Origin: Strigamia acuminata
Taxonomy: Eukaryota
DNA: 64,000 nt
Assembly: GCA_949358305.1 (NCBI GenBank)
Contig: OX442314.1
Span: forward strand, 32,240,001 to 32,304,000
Direction: 5' to 3'
Numbering within the stretch: position 1 is the stretch's first letter; every line of letters begins with the position of its first letter. The position numbers were made by a program, and so were the translations under genes. Positions 46,796-59,900 of the stretch are shown piece by piece. The notes under the pieces are model-generated. The model ran no database searches, had not been told where the DNA came from, and saw only the letters and a list, made by a program, of their open reading frames with translations.

Positions 46796-47039
46796 GTGGA
46801 TATAAAAGGATACCGGGTCTTTAGCTTAGTTTGAGTTAATTAAATGAGGGCGCGAGATAATCGTTTATACACTGTGAGTAAGAAAAAAGTTACTTCTTTT
46901 GGTAACAGCTTAATCATAGTGGCGACAGCAGGTGAGCTTAATGTTTTAGTACGTAAAACCCCATCAACAATTTTCTAAAAAGTAGCAAACAATTATTTCA
47001 CTGTAACTATAAATCAATAGCTTAAAATCTTACAAGTAC

Positions 47040-47141
47040 GTTTTCCATTGCCGTACAAACAGGTGTAGGTTCCTCCTCCTCCTCTTCCTGTGCAACAACC
47101 ATGACAACAAACGACACCAAAATAATGGCAATAATCTTCAT
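47040..47141 (-). CDS. Possible first exon of a secreted protein (signal peptide)
   Basis: MKIIAIILVSFVVMVVAQEEEEEPTPVCTAMEN followed by GT; downstream exons not resolved. Confidence 0.45.
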
Positions 47142-48343
47142 AGTGATGACTTCAATTCTTTTCAAACTCTATGGAATCTCTAACACAATTTGACATGATT
47201 GAATCTTTACATTATTTTGATCATCGTGTATTATTTTCGCACACAGATGGCGGGTCAAGGTTGGGGGCGGGGGTGTCATGTGATTTGTGAACCATATGGC
47301 CGTCACCTTGAGTGATGGACGAACTAAAAAAATATTGGTGAAACATAAAACCAAAAAACGGCTTTTCCGTGAAAAGAAAAATTATTCTCGGCGCCAAGCA
47401 TTCATTTTTGGCTAAAAAAAAATTTATTTTATTGACACCATCAAAGAGTTTCAATAATCTTCCTGGTTACTCTATTCTTATTATTTCAATGGATGGGGAT
47501 TGTAAATGGAAGATATAACGCTCGATTATAATTATCTCGTTCATTTTGTCTATAGAACGTCTCTTCACCACTCCACTTTTTGCATTCATTTAGGAAAACC
47601 CCCAAAACAAAAATTCGCATATTTAGATTTAAAAATTAAGTCGGTTAGGAAATACTTGCCTGGAATTGTAGATTCAATGCTGACACGAGAATGGCATGTG
47701 GAAATCCAATGCTTGAGCAGAGCATTTATATACACAAATTTTTAATAGAAATTTTTTTATTACGGACCCATTCGACTGATAAGAATAATTGACATCTGGT
47801 TTCAGAAAGAACGACCTTTTGTGTTTTACGATTTTGCTGCATCGACGGCTGTAGTAAAACGTAAAACGTTCTTTGTTAAACCAAAAGTTTATTCGCATGA
47901 ATTTTAAACTACGTAAAAACATATAAATATAAAAATATAAATATAAAAGAAAATATAAAAATAAAAAAATATATATAAAAAATACTGTGTTGGCTTCCGT
48001 ATACCTAACACGACCTTGATCATTCTCAAAACAGTCTTAAGTTACGGTACATCGAGAGTAATCGGCCATATTGACGATCTCAGATTTGTCAGCGAACTTC
48101 AAACCTTTTCTTGTCTGTGATAACGTCGTCCATGATTGGTACAAGTGGAATTGTAAGCTTGTACTTCTGCTCAACTTTAAATTTTAAAACTTTTAATTTA
48201 ATTTTAAAACTTGTTGAAGAAGTGTTCGTAAAAAAGTGCCCCAAAATGAAATTTCCATGATGTTTTACGCATTTCATCAAAATATTAAATTAAAATGTCA
48301 AATTGTCAAATAATTAATGAGTTTTACATTTTCGTGAATTTAA

Positions 48344-49086
48344 AGGAGTTGCGACATGAAAATTTTTTTTGTAATAATTGTAAAAAATGATTAAGTATTT
48401 GTTAAACGAAATGTTTCTCAATTTTTCATAATTTTAAGTGTTATAGTTGAACTACAAAACTAGAATTAAAAATGCTAAGCCCCGACCCCTCTGAAAAACT
48501 CCAAGAAACCGGAAATGACGTCACAGGCAGAACAAATTTCAATAGCTGCATACAGAAAAAACCAAAACAATCGATATTGCGGCTAAAAAATGGAAAGGAA
48601 TCGTATAATTTTTTGTGTGATTGATGAAGTGGGGCTTCTGTAATCTTCAGAAAATTTTATACTCTATAATAGATGATTTTATATTTTTTAAATAGACTTT
48701 TTTTAAAAAAAAATTGACTTTTTTTTTTTCAATTTGTTGGTTTTATATACGGAGTATTTAATTTTCTTCAAATTAATCACAAAATGTACTTCCAAGTTTT
48801 AGGTTTTATGTACATTTTTTCAACAATTGTGTGTTTTTATTTCTGTGTGACATCATACTGATGTCGTTCCAAACACTGTCATTGGTGGATACACCTTAAA
48901 TGACGTCATCTGCAGAATTTTGTTGTTTCCCTAATTTTGAATCAAGGCAGTGAAGCGCAAAGGGCAATCCCTTAAAATCAGCGAAATTGTTATACGTAGT
49001 TATCAAATTTTTGACCGAAAATTTGATAACTACGTATAAAAATACATCATATAAAGTCCTGTTGTATTTTTCATGTCGCAACTCCT
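48344..49086. mobile_element. Non-autonomous DNA transposon with TTAA TSD (Kolobok-like AGG..CCT ends)
   Basis: TIR AGGAGTTGCGACATGAAAA at both ends, flanked by TTAA. Confidence 0.85.
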
Positions 49087-49646
49087 TTAAATATTTTCCT
49101 TAGCACGTTTTGCTCGTTTTATTGTGTAAAAATAATCAATGAAAAGTCTTTTATTCCATGTATGATTTCAGACACCTTTTTTAAACATGGTGGAAGCGTG
49201 TTGAGTTGGGCCCATAACCTGTCAACTATATGCACGTTTCAGCAAGAGCACCATTTACCTCACCTTTCAGGCCGTTTTACGGATTGATCGAGGACCGGTG
49301 CCCGCTGATTATTCAACCGTACAACAAGCCACATTTGTTTAACGTAGTCAATCTACGTTAGAACGAATATTCAAACGATCTATCGTTTAATTCGCACGAA
49401 GCGAATTCCCACGTGCTTAGCGAAGCACGCGTTACCCTAGACAACGAGACAACAGACCACGCGTAGGCCTAAATCGATTTAGGCATAATCGTTTTAGCAG
49501 CGAATCGTGTTCGCACAGGAACCCGAAGACCATTACTTTTACAATTGTATTTTAATCGTAAGTGTTAATAAATAAAGGAATTATTTCCATCTAAACTTGT
49601 GTCCCGAATCAATTGTATTATTCTACCGCAAAGTCGAATCACGACA

Positions 49647-49830
49647 GTTGTTTCTGGAAGATGGTTGTGCATTGTAGGTTCAATCAGTATTCTCGGCAGT
49701 CGTAGTTAGTCTGCCTCCACACTTCTTGATCCATTGGTCCAGTAAATCTGGTCTAGCCGCTTCTTCTCAATCACATATGCGTAGCCCTTTAAATAAAGCT
49801 TGGGTTTTCTCCTAATCGTTTGAGTCATTT
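49647..49830 (-). pseudogene. FLYWCH zinc-finger remnant (MULE transposase N terminus)
   Basis: KPKLYLKGYAYV..QIYW..HNHLP with lesions. Confidence 0.7.
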
Positions 49831-49935
49831 CGATGGTCATGTGTGTCATTGATGTTACAACTAACACGAGAATGATTGTTGTGAGCAAACAAGTTCGTCA
49901 ACAAAATGTTCACACATACCGATACAATGAACCAT

Positions 49936-50150
49936 TTCAGCTCAAAAATCGATGTTTTTAGCTCAAAAATCGATGTTTTTTGCTCAAAAATCAATGTTTT
50001 TAGTTCAAAAATCAATGTTTTTAGCTCAAAAATCGATGTGTTTAGCTCAAAAATCGATGTTTTTAGCCTGAAAATTGATGTTTATAGCCCGAAAATCGAT
50101 GTTTACAGCCGATAATAGACTTTTTAGCCCGATATTAGACTTTTTACAGG
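49936..50150. repeat. 21-bp minisatellite (AGCTCAAAAATCGATGTTTTT)
   Basis: About 10 degenerate copies. Confidence 0.9.
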
Positions 50151-50977
50151 CCAAAAATGCCAATTTTTGGTCTAAAATCTAAAATGTCTCTTTATTGGGT
50201 CAAAAAGACGATTTTTAAGCGAAAAACATCTATTTTCAGCGAAATAAAGTTTATTTTGTTTTTCATAGTAGTCAACAAAAAATGTTTATTCTACAGAATG
50301 CACATAGGTACACATCTCGAACGTTAATTCGACGTTCAAAAAAAGAAAAAAAGTTTATATTGTTTTAAAATGTGCTGTATTTTTATTTCTCGATAAAATT
50401 AGCAATCAAATTTGATCAAATTTCGATAAAAGTTGAGTTTTTTTAAAAAAAAGTTCATGATCCAACCTTGAATAGTCTATTATAGTTCTATTTCAATCAC
50501 TAGCTCAGCGATAAAAAACATGCAGAAAAAACAAATAACAAAATTGAATTTCGCGCCATCTAATGGTCGGGTGTAAAAATAGATGGAGCGGCAGGATTGG
50601 CTGAATGGGAGGAGAGCGGTGATCGGTGGCGCCGATGTCTCCCATTGCGTAGAACTAAAATCGCATCAGCTATACACATTTTTTATCAAAAAACCGTAAA
50701 ACCAACACATTTTTAATCTAAAACCATAAACTGTATACATTTTTATCAAAAAGCATAAATTTTACATATTTCTTACCAAAAAAAACAAAAATTTTACATA
50801 TTTTGGATCAAAAACTATAAAATTAAAGTCCAAAACAAACCGACTTTTTAACTATTTGAATTCGGTGTAACACAAAATTTCGCAGTCCCGCAGCTGATCG
50901 TCTGCGTGCTCGAAATTTTTTAAATAAAATTAATAACTGTCCAAAAATATTTTTTTTAATAACTCCAATAACCAAAT

Positions 50978-51529
50978 TCATTTATTCTTTTGAATATTGC
51001 TATCCATCCTCGCCGAAGCCACCAGCAAATCGCCATTTTCCACATAAATCGCGTCGGCTGTCGTCACCGAAGCGAATGCCCACTTAACACGTGACCAACT
51101 CCAAACTCGTGTCGTTTCCCGGCGCAATCTCGCCACACGATCGCCGTCTCGTCCGCACACGCCAAAACTTATTCATTTTCCAGCACTAAAAACAAAAGGA
51201 AACGTTAATTTATATATTTTTAAACAATCAAGTCGATTTATCGCCACTTATTACATCCATGCTTTGGTATCCACCTGACACAAGTAACCGCAAGGTTGAA
51301 CGATGTTCAGCCTTGAGTCCTAAACACGCGACCAACAGCGCACGAAAACTGCAATTTAATGCGATTAAAGCCTTTTCTACCGTACAAACACCCATATTTT
51401 TACCTTTGGATCGTGCAACGCTATTGAATTACACGTTGCGTAGCAAATCAAGTCGTTAAAGCCCCAATCGAGCACGTGCGGGCCTTTATTGCACCCCGAG
51501 CTCAGGTAAACCAGACCTACGTCGTCCAT
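50978..51529 (-). pseudogene. ELP2: Elongator complex protein 2 (WD40) 5' fragment, three decayed exons
   Basis: MDDVGLVYLSSGCNKGPHVLDWGFNDLICYATCNSIALHDP; AVTCVRWI; ENE*VLACADETAIVW; LSGH..LLVASARMDS; in-frame stops and frameshifts. Confidence 0.75.
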
Positions 51530-52437
51530 GTTGGAAAATGGCGTCGTACAAACTGTCACCAGAACAACACACTCTTAATATTCAATTGTTAATAAAAATC
51601 GATCTACAAATTGAACGGTTCAACCGATGTTGAAATTTTTAAAATAAATCCGACCGTTTTAACCCAAAAATAAACGCCCTAAACCCATTCATTTTAAAAA
51701 TAAAAAAACAAAATCCACCAACACTCGATCGAAACTTCCTCCTGGATTTCCCACAATGCTTCAGCGGCAACTCAAAATGGAGGTGATCATCGGTGCGGAA
51801 TATTGATCAGCAGAATATTCGTCCGCGATATTCCCTCATTCACCCCAAGCAGCCACCGGTCGTAATAACGAGCCGACGAGCATCGAACCCACCCGTCACC
51901 ACCGAAAATGACCTAACCAAACGCCGTATGACCAACCACTAATCCACCTCGGTGCACTTTGTTCGAGTCATCAGATGCGAGGTATTCACTCTAAGCCTAA
52001 AAAAAACCCACAAATCACACTCGCACCTTTCCAAAAACCCATCAAATATGCACAACCAACTCCCACACCTTAATCCCTCCTAAAACCACCCACCCAGCAC
52101 CCAAATACATAGAAAAAACCAAAAAAATCGTCCAATAATCACGAAAAATGACGAAAAAACACCAAAAAACGTAAAAAAATGTGTCAAAAATATCAAAAAT
52201 TTGTCAAAATCATCAAAAATTTGTCAAAAACATCAAACACACGTCAAAAAATGGAAAAATAACGTCGGAAACGGCAAAAAATAACGAAAAATGACGTAAA
52301 ATGACAAAAAAACGACTAAAAAACATCGAAAAACGACGAAAATAGTGAAAATAATATTTAAATGTTTATTTCAGGGCCTTAAAGCATGGATTCCATGAAA
52401 CTACGAGGTGTCGGCTTGAAGATCACCGCCAGGTGTC

Positions 52438-55400
52438 ATGTTGGCTGAGCGGCGTGCTCTGCCTCGACGGGACCCGAGTCTGAGGTCGAGCGCCGGCCCC
52501 GATCTGAGCACGCCATGCGCCGCAGCGGCGAACGACGGCAACACCAACAACTTAGCCGTCGCGCGTGCTCCAGGTTCGACGTCTTTCGTCCATTAAATCC
52601 AATTTCTAATATTTTTTTCCAGACTCGCCGAGTGTTCGTCACCGCCTGCTGTCGCCGCGGCTGGGCCCGACTCGCACCGGAAGCGACCCGGCGCTCGTGG
52701 CGCACGATTCGCGGCACTCGGTGTCGGTTCTGTCCGCGAGTTGCAACTCGCACGTTTTGCCGAGTTCGACGCCTCTGGTCGTCACGTGGGACATCGTGGA
52801 GGATGTCAGCACGAGCGATTGGATAGGGCTGTATAAATTAGGTGATTATCACGTGGTTGGTTGGGTGCGGATATCCTGTTGGAGGCCGAAAACGGTTGAT
52901 TTCCTTCGCGAACCCGGAACCGGTCACGATGATCGTTTGCGCCCTCGGGCTGGAGGATGTGGAGAAGTGGTCTTGAGTGATGTGGAGACGTCGGTGGAGT
53001 TTTGCGCGTCGAAATGCATTTAATTGTCGATGTTTTCGGCGGTTTGGAGCGAGATGGAACGTGTTTTTGTTGTTGTTTGTGTAAATTTTGTCTAAAAAAA
53101 ATTTTTTTTTTTATAATTTTTTTTTATAATTTTTTTTTATAATTTTTTTTTTTTGTTTTTTTAGATGAGACGAATCCGTTTCACTATTTGGAGTATAAAA
53201 ACCAAGGTGTTGGAGGGTTCCATAAGGGGCAGATTATGTGGATGATCGACTGCGATTATCATTTTACTGAAGGTTTTGATTTTGTGGATTTTTTGAATAA
53301 ATTTTGATTTTTTTGGTTAATTTTTTGTTTTTTTTGTTTTTTTGTTTTAGATATCACGAATATTTGTTTCAAATATTATCACGGAACAAGTGGTGCCTTG
53401 CGAGCTGTTACACCGCCCATTCGAGTGCTGAAAAGCACGGTGGAGTCGCCCGAGCAGGCCGAAAGCCAAAGTGTGATTGACACGTCGCTGATGGGATATT
53501 CAGCATGGCCGGATCTTGCAGAAATCCTGAAATTCAAAGTTTTTGGTAAAAAATAAGAAAAATAGAAAAATATAACAAACTCTAGTGAAAAACTAGTAAA
53601 AAACATCATTTAAAACAAGAAATTATTAAGGAATGTCATAGATATCGACATAAAGTGAAAGGAAATTGTTAAAATCATCAAAAAATTGAAAGGAGATCGT
53701 AAAAATCAAGAAAGAATGAAAGGAAATCGTAAAACCAACCGAGAAAAATGTTTTAAAAGAATGAAAAAGCGAAGCAATAATTAAAGAATTTGATTTTGAC
53801 AGGTTTACACGCATGGTCGTTGAAGAAAGGCATGTTTTTTAACCCCGATCCGTACGTAAAAATGAGCATTCAGCCCGGCAAAGCACCCAACTCGCTGCCA
53901 ATGCCGCACCACGGCCAGGAAGTGCGCACGCGCATCGCCGAAAACACTATCAACCCCAGCTGGAAACACCAAGTAACAAAACAATCCACAAAACACAAAA
54001 ATAAAAAAAATAAAAAAAATTTCAGGAATTTTCGTTCATCGCTTACTCATCGGACGCCATTGAATTCGAGGTCAAGGATAAATTTGCCAAGAGCCGTCCA
54101 ATCATCAGTAGGTTTCTTGGCAAACTCACTGTATCTGTCCACACATTATTTAACCAAGCTAATAGGTAACAAAATTCAAAAATAATTCAAAAATAATTCA
54201 AAATAAATTCAAAAAAACCTTTTTTAGAGGAACCACCGAGTTCCAGTTTAGTTTATCGAGTAAAACGCCTTCAGATCACGTGACGGGTCAACTCAGCTTC
54301 TGCATAACCATTTTAAAACGCCCAGGTACCGAAAAAAAACCAAAAAACCCAAAAAAACTAACAAAAACCTCAATTCCAGACGCGTGGCCCACGAACCAGA
54401 CGCACCCGATGCCTTATCTGCACGACATCGACGACGGCGGCCAAGCAAGCTCGAACCCCAGCACCCCCCGACGCCACAAGTCGGCCCTCCGCGCCGCCTC
54501 GCTCCCCAACGGCTCCACCAACGGCTCCGCCAACCCCGACGCGCCGACCCCGGACGACCAAACCCCGTGCTGCAGCAACTCCATCTCCCTCTCGGAGCCC
54601 ATCGGCGGCCCCGACTGCGAAAACCTGCGCAACGGCTGCTGCTTCGACCACGACGACTCCCCGATCTGGAAAAGACGCACCCCGGAAGTGATGAACCCGA
54701 CGTACTTCGAGCTGAGCGCCACGCCGAACGGTCGCTGCCCGTCGGACGACGACCTCCCGCCGCCGCTGCCGCCGAAAACGAAGAAGAAAGCCGTGCACAA
54801 GCCCCTCGAACGGACCAAGGGGCTCTACTACAACAACCCGGGCCCGTTCGGGGCCCCCAAGGGCGGCGCGGCCAAGCCGGAAGACAGTTTCATCCTCGAG
54901 ATAGTGGACACGGACGAGCTGGAGCGCGGACGGCACCGCAGGGTGCATCGTGAAGTGGGCAAATGTGCTGCCACGGCGTTTCCCGAATTCACGGACGAGC
55001 AGAACAAATCCATCCAGGCGCGCGCGACCGACGGCGACCCGTGCCCCGCCAGCCCCGCCAGCCCCGCGCCCCTCATCGACAACCGCGACTTGAATCGCGT
55101 TCACGTGGCACCGCTAGCAACGCCCGAACACGATTCATTGCAGGAGGGGTGTCCGTCCATCGAGAATCTGACCGACCCCGAACCCGAACCCGACGAGGTG
55201 GTCGAAATCGAGGAAATTCGGACCGAAAACGAAGAAATTCGGACGGAAAGCGACGAAATTCGGACCGAAAACGACGAAATTCCGTCGGAAAACGTTGAAA
55301 TTCCGTCGGAAAACGTTGAAATTCCGTCGGAAAACGCGGAAAACGATGAAATTCGGACCGAAAACGAGGAAATTCGGGCGGAAAACGCGGAAAACGATGA

Positions 55401-58400
55401 AATTCGGGCGGAAAACGTTGAAATTCGGACGGAAAACGTTGAAATTCGGACGGAAAACGTTGAAATTCGGACGGAAAACGTGGAGATAGCGCAGGAGGGC
55501 GACGCGTACCTTCTTAACGAGGAGACGATTCCGGCCATCATGACGGAATCGAGCAGCACATCGTCGCTGGGGTCGCAAGCGGCGCACGCGGTGGATCTGA
55601 ACTCGCTTTCGTGCACCCCCAGCCCGAGTTCTTCGCTCGTGGTGCCGTCGCTGGACACGCCGACGTGCACGCCGTCGCCGACGACGCCGGACTCGAGCCG
55701 GGCGATGGGTTCGACGAGCAATCGGAGCAGCGCCATCACGATGTCGAGCTCGGGCAGCTCGGGGTCGACGAGTCCGACCGAGTCGGTGCATCGCGACGAC
55801 TCGTCGCTCGCGTTGGGCGAGGAGACGGTGCAGGAGGCGCTGCCCGAGTGTCCGCCGACGCCGACGCACCGCGCGCGGCCGCACACGAACCAGGCGCTGC
55901 TGGCGGACTCGGTTTGGGAGGCGCGGGCGTTCGGGGCGGGCGGCGGCGGGGGCGAGGAGTGGTTCGAGAGGCCGGGGCACGCGCACACGACGCGCTTGCC
56001 GTCCATTCCCGAGCGGACGATGAAGTTTCAGAGGGTGGAGGTGCCGCCGGGGGAGGAGCCGCTGCCGACGCGTGAGTTTTGTACGCGATTTGAGGTCGGA
56101 TGGGGGTTTTTTGATGGTCTGTTGGTTTTGGTTTTGTTAGATTGGGAGGCGAGGATTGATAGTCATGGGAGGATTTTCTATATTGATCATTTGAATCGGA
56201 CGACGACGTGGCAGAGGCCGACGTTGCACGGAGGAGCGCAGAGGCAGCCGGCGAGTAATGAGTTGCAGCGCCAGCAGTTGGATCGCAGGTTCGTTGGGGG
56301 CGGGGGCGGGCATGGGGGTTTTGGGGGGGGGTATTTCGTGGTTTTTTTTTTTTTTTTTGAGGGTTTTTTGTGATTTTTGAGAATTTTTTGGGATTTTTGA
56401 GATTAATTATGAATTTTTTGAGATTTTTGAGAATTTTTTAGTATTTTTGAGATTTATTTTGAATATTTTGCAATTTCTGAGAATTTTTTGGGATTTTTGA
56501 GAATTTTTTGGGATTTTTGAGAATTTTTTGGGATTTTTGAGATTAATTTTGAATATTTTGGGATTTTTGAGAATTTTTTGAGATTTTTGAGATTTATTTT
56601 GAATATTTTGGGATTTTTGAGAATTTTTTGAGATTTTTGAGATTTATTTTGAATATTTTGGGATTTTTGAGAATTTTTTAGTATTTTTGAGATTTATTTT
56701 GAATATTTTGGGATTTTTGAGAATTTTTTGGGATTTTTGAGAATTTTTTGGGATTTTTGAGAATTTTTTGGGATTTTTGAGAATTTTTTGGGATTTTTGA
56801 GAATTTTTTGGGATTTTTTGATAATTTTTTGGGATTTTTGAGAATTTTTTGGTATTTTTGAGATTTATTTTGATGTTTTTGATGTTTTGTAGGTATCAGA
56901 GTATTCGGAGGACTATTACGTCGCGGCCGAGTAAGCCGGAGGATGGCGGTGCGACGGCGAGTGTTTCGGCGATTCCGTCGACGAGTCAGGAACAGCAGAG
57001 GGAGATTTTGAATCGGTCGCCGGCGGTTCGGTTTATCACGAGATCGGATTTTTTTTCGACGCTTCATCTCAACGAGGTGAAAATTTTGTTTTTTTGGATT
57101 TTTTCGAAAATTTGATTTTTGTTTCTAAAATCCGATTTTTGTTTCTAAAATCCGATTTTTGTTTCTAAAATCCGATTTTTGTTGATAAAATAAAACCTGC
57201 CCGACAATGCAATGAGGGTTATTATTGTAGTTGGGCCGATTTTATTTGGGCCACCTGGTATAATATAGATTTCTTTTAGGAAATATGATTTTTTTTCTAT
57301 CTAAATTTTAATCTCATTTCAATTCTGTATGTGCATTCAATCTTAAATGGATTTCCGAAATGTTTTTGATTTTCAGAAATCAAGGAAATCTGATTTCAGC
57401 TTTGAACGGCCTTAAAATTTCCTAAAATCCAACTGTTGCACATGCGCAATTTCAACCGTTATATCAACTTCCTCTTTTGACATTTAAATATGATCGGCCG
57501 CATTCGAGATCTCAAACGCGACTGAAATGTGACGATTTTTGCATAAAATACTACGGCAGGATATTTAAACACAGCCGGCCGCATTTGAGAGCTATAACGC
57601 GATTCAAGAGAGCTGAAATCAACTTTGAAATCCACTTTTAAATCAAGAAAAGCGACCCTAGACGTGGATTTTCTAAAATCTGATTTTCTGAAATCTGATT
57701 TTGTTTTTATGACATAAAAATCGTCACTTCCGGTCTCCCGAAATCAAGAAATCAAAGAAATCCATTTAAGATTGAACGCACCTAATGAGTTTATACTCGG
57801 TTTATTACATCCGATATTTTTATTGAAATCAGATTTCTTTATCAGTAAAATCCAATTTTTTTATACGAAAATCCGATTTTTCAAGTATATAAAAATCCGA
57901 TTTTTCAAGTACTGGTATATAAAAATCCGATTTTTCAAGTATATAAAAATCCGATTTTTCAAATATCCAACTTTTCAAAATATACAAAAATCCGATTTTT
58001 AATCATTAAAATCCGATTTTTCATCATCAAAATACGATTTTTCATCATCAAAATACGATTTTTCACCATTAAAATCCGATTTTTCACCATTAAAATCCGA
58101 TTTTTCACCATTAAAATCCGATTTTTCACCATTAAAATCCGATTTTTCACCATTAAAATCCGATTTTTCACCATTAAAATCCGATTTTTCACCATTAAAA
58201 TCCGATTTTTTATCACTAAAATCCGATATTGCAGGATGCTGTGATAATGTACAATAGTAATTCCTCACTAAAACACATGATCACCAAGATCCGACGCGAC
58301 TCGCACGCATTCGAGAGGTACAAAAACAAAAAAATAAAAACCAGCAAATAAGCCTAACCACAATTTCCCTTCGCCAGATACCAACACAACCGTGATCTCG

Positions 58401-59105
58401 TTGCAATGCTCAACTTGTTCGCAGACACGGGCAGAGACCTGCCCAGGGGCTGGGAGACTAAATACGACCGGTCGGGGAAGGTGAGTCATTCCAGACCCAC
58501 GTGAGTTAGATCGTTACGCTTTTTTAATTGCTTTCATTTCACTCGTATCTCATTCGCCGAACCCGATTTGCTTACAAACAACCGAATTAACATCAAATCT
58601 CGCCTTTTTTCTCCGCTTTTCAGCAATTCTTCATCGACCACACGTCGCGCAGCACGACTTTTATCGATCCCCGACTTCCGGTCGAAGCGCCTTATATCAA
58701 TTTGAACCGGCTGGTCGTGCCCGGCGCGCGCCGGCGCAGTCGCAGCACCGGAGAGGAAAGTATTCGCGCCGAAATCGCGCGGGTAAAGCGATTGTTCGCG
58801 GAAATGGTCGTAAAAAATGGGAATTTGTTTTAATTTTTTTGTTTTTAGGGTCCGATTCCACCGCCGCGACCCCCGGCGAGCAACTCTTCGGTCGTGCCGC
58901 ACATCGTTCCAAACGTACCGACCGCGTATAACGATAAAGTGGTCGCTTTCCTGCGCCAACCGAACATCATGGATATTCTACGCGAACGACACGCGGGCGT
59001 CAGCTCGAATTCGGGCCTCAAGGAGACGATTGGCGCCATCAGGAACGAGGGATCGGCCGCACTCGAACGATTGTCGGACGACATCGATCTCATTATCTTG
59101 TTAAG
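52438..59105 (+). CDS. HECW2: HECW1/2 (NEDL)-type HECT E3 ubiquitin ligase, 5' part. Predicted exons: 52438-52573, 52623-52841, 53165-53272, 53351-53545, 53803-53972, 54026-54165, 54228-54325, 54380-56071, 56141-56288, 56893-57076, 58235-58317, 58378-58480, 58624-58782, 58849-59105; HECT domain not in the window
   Basis: HECW_N ([30 protein letters not shown]), C2 ([32 protein letters not shown]), two WW domains, [19 protein letters not shown] introns with consistent phases; HECW1 versus HECW2 not distinguishable. Confidence 0.93.
55207..55487 (+). repeat. 21-bp coding minisatellite (EIRTENV/E/D)n in HECW exon 8
   Basis: GAAATTCGGACGGAAAACGTT units, stop-free in the HECW frame. Confidence 0.85.
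56370..56880. repeat. 20-bp intronic minisatellite (GAGAATTTTTTGGGATTTTT)
   Basis: Direct tandem copies. Confidence 0.9.
57330..57782. mobile_element. Intronic MITE
   Basis: ~25-bp TIR GTGC(A/G)TTCAATCTTAAATGGATTTC flanked by TA. Confidence 0.8.
57850..58230. repeat. 21-24-bp minisatellite (AAAATCCGATTTTTCACCATT)
   Basis: Tandem copies running up to the splice acceptor at 58234. Confidence 0.9.
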
Positions 59106-59189
59106 GTCAGTTTGACCGTCGGAGGTTTGGTTATCAAAATTTGACGTTTTTCGTTGATTTTTTGGTGATTAAATGATGGAAAATCGTGA

Positions 59190-59900
59190 AGTATCGATAA
59201 AATCGTTTAAAATTCATGAAATATCGATAAAATTGTTTAAAATTTATGAAATATCGTTTAAAATTCATGAAATATCGATAAAATCGTTTAAAATTCATGA
59301 AATATCGATAAAATCGTTAAAAATTCATGAAATATCGATAAAATCGTTAAAAATTCATGAAATATCGATAAAATCGTTAAAATTTCATGAAATATCGATA
59401 AAATCGTTTAAAATTTATGAAATATCGATAAAATCGTTTAAAATTCATGAAATATCGATAAAATCGTTTAAAATTCATGAAATATCGATAAAATCGTTAA
59501 AAATTCATGAAATATCGATAAAATCGTTTAGGAAAATGTGAAATATCTTTGTAAATTGTTACGAAAGTTATGAAATAGCGATTAAATCGTGAAATATCGA
59601 TATAATTGTTTCAAAAATCCATAAAATCGTGAAATATCGATATAATTGTTTCAAAAATCCATAAAAACGTGAAATATCGATATAATTGTTTCAAAAATCC
59701 ATAAAAACGTAAAATATCGATATAATTGTTTCAAAAATCCATAAAAACGTGAAATATCGATATAATTGTTTCAAAAATCCATAAAAACGTAAAATATCGA
59801 TATAATTGTTTCAAAAATCCATAAAAACGTGAAATATCGATATAATTGTTTCAAAAATCCATAAAAACGTGAAATAGCGATATAATTGTTTCAAAAATCT
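59190..59900. repeat. 30-bp then 49-bp minisatellites containing TATCGATA
   Basis: GAAATATCGATAAAATCGTTTAAAATTCAT units, then GTGAAATATCGATATAATTGTTTCAAAAATCCATAAAAAC-type units. Confidence 0.9.

Noticed and set aside
49330..49646. Possible small solo LTR interrupting the FLYWCH remnant
   Set aside because: CA end and AATAAA seen, but no matching TSD or left boundary
54280..56373. 697-aa ORF as a standalone gene, and its antisense ORFs
   Set aside because: It is HECW exons 7-9 read through two stop-free introns; the antisense ORFs reflect high GC
57772..59541. Repetitive ORFs ([16 protein letters not shown])
   Set aside because: Intronic minisatellite translations
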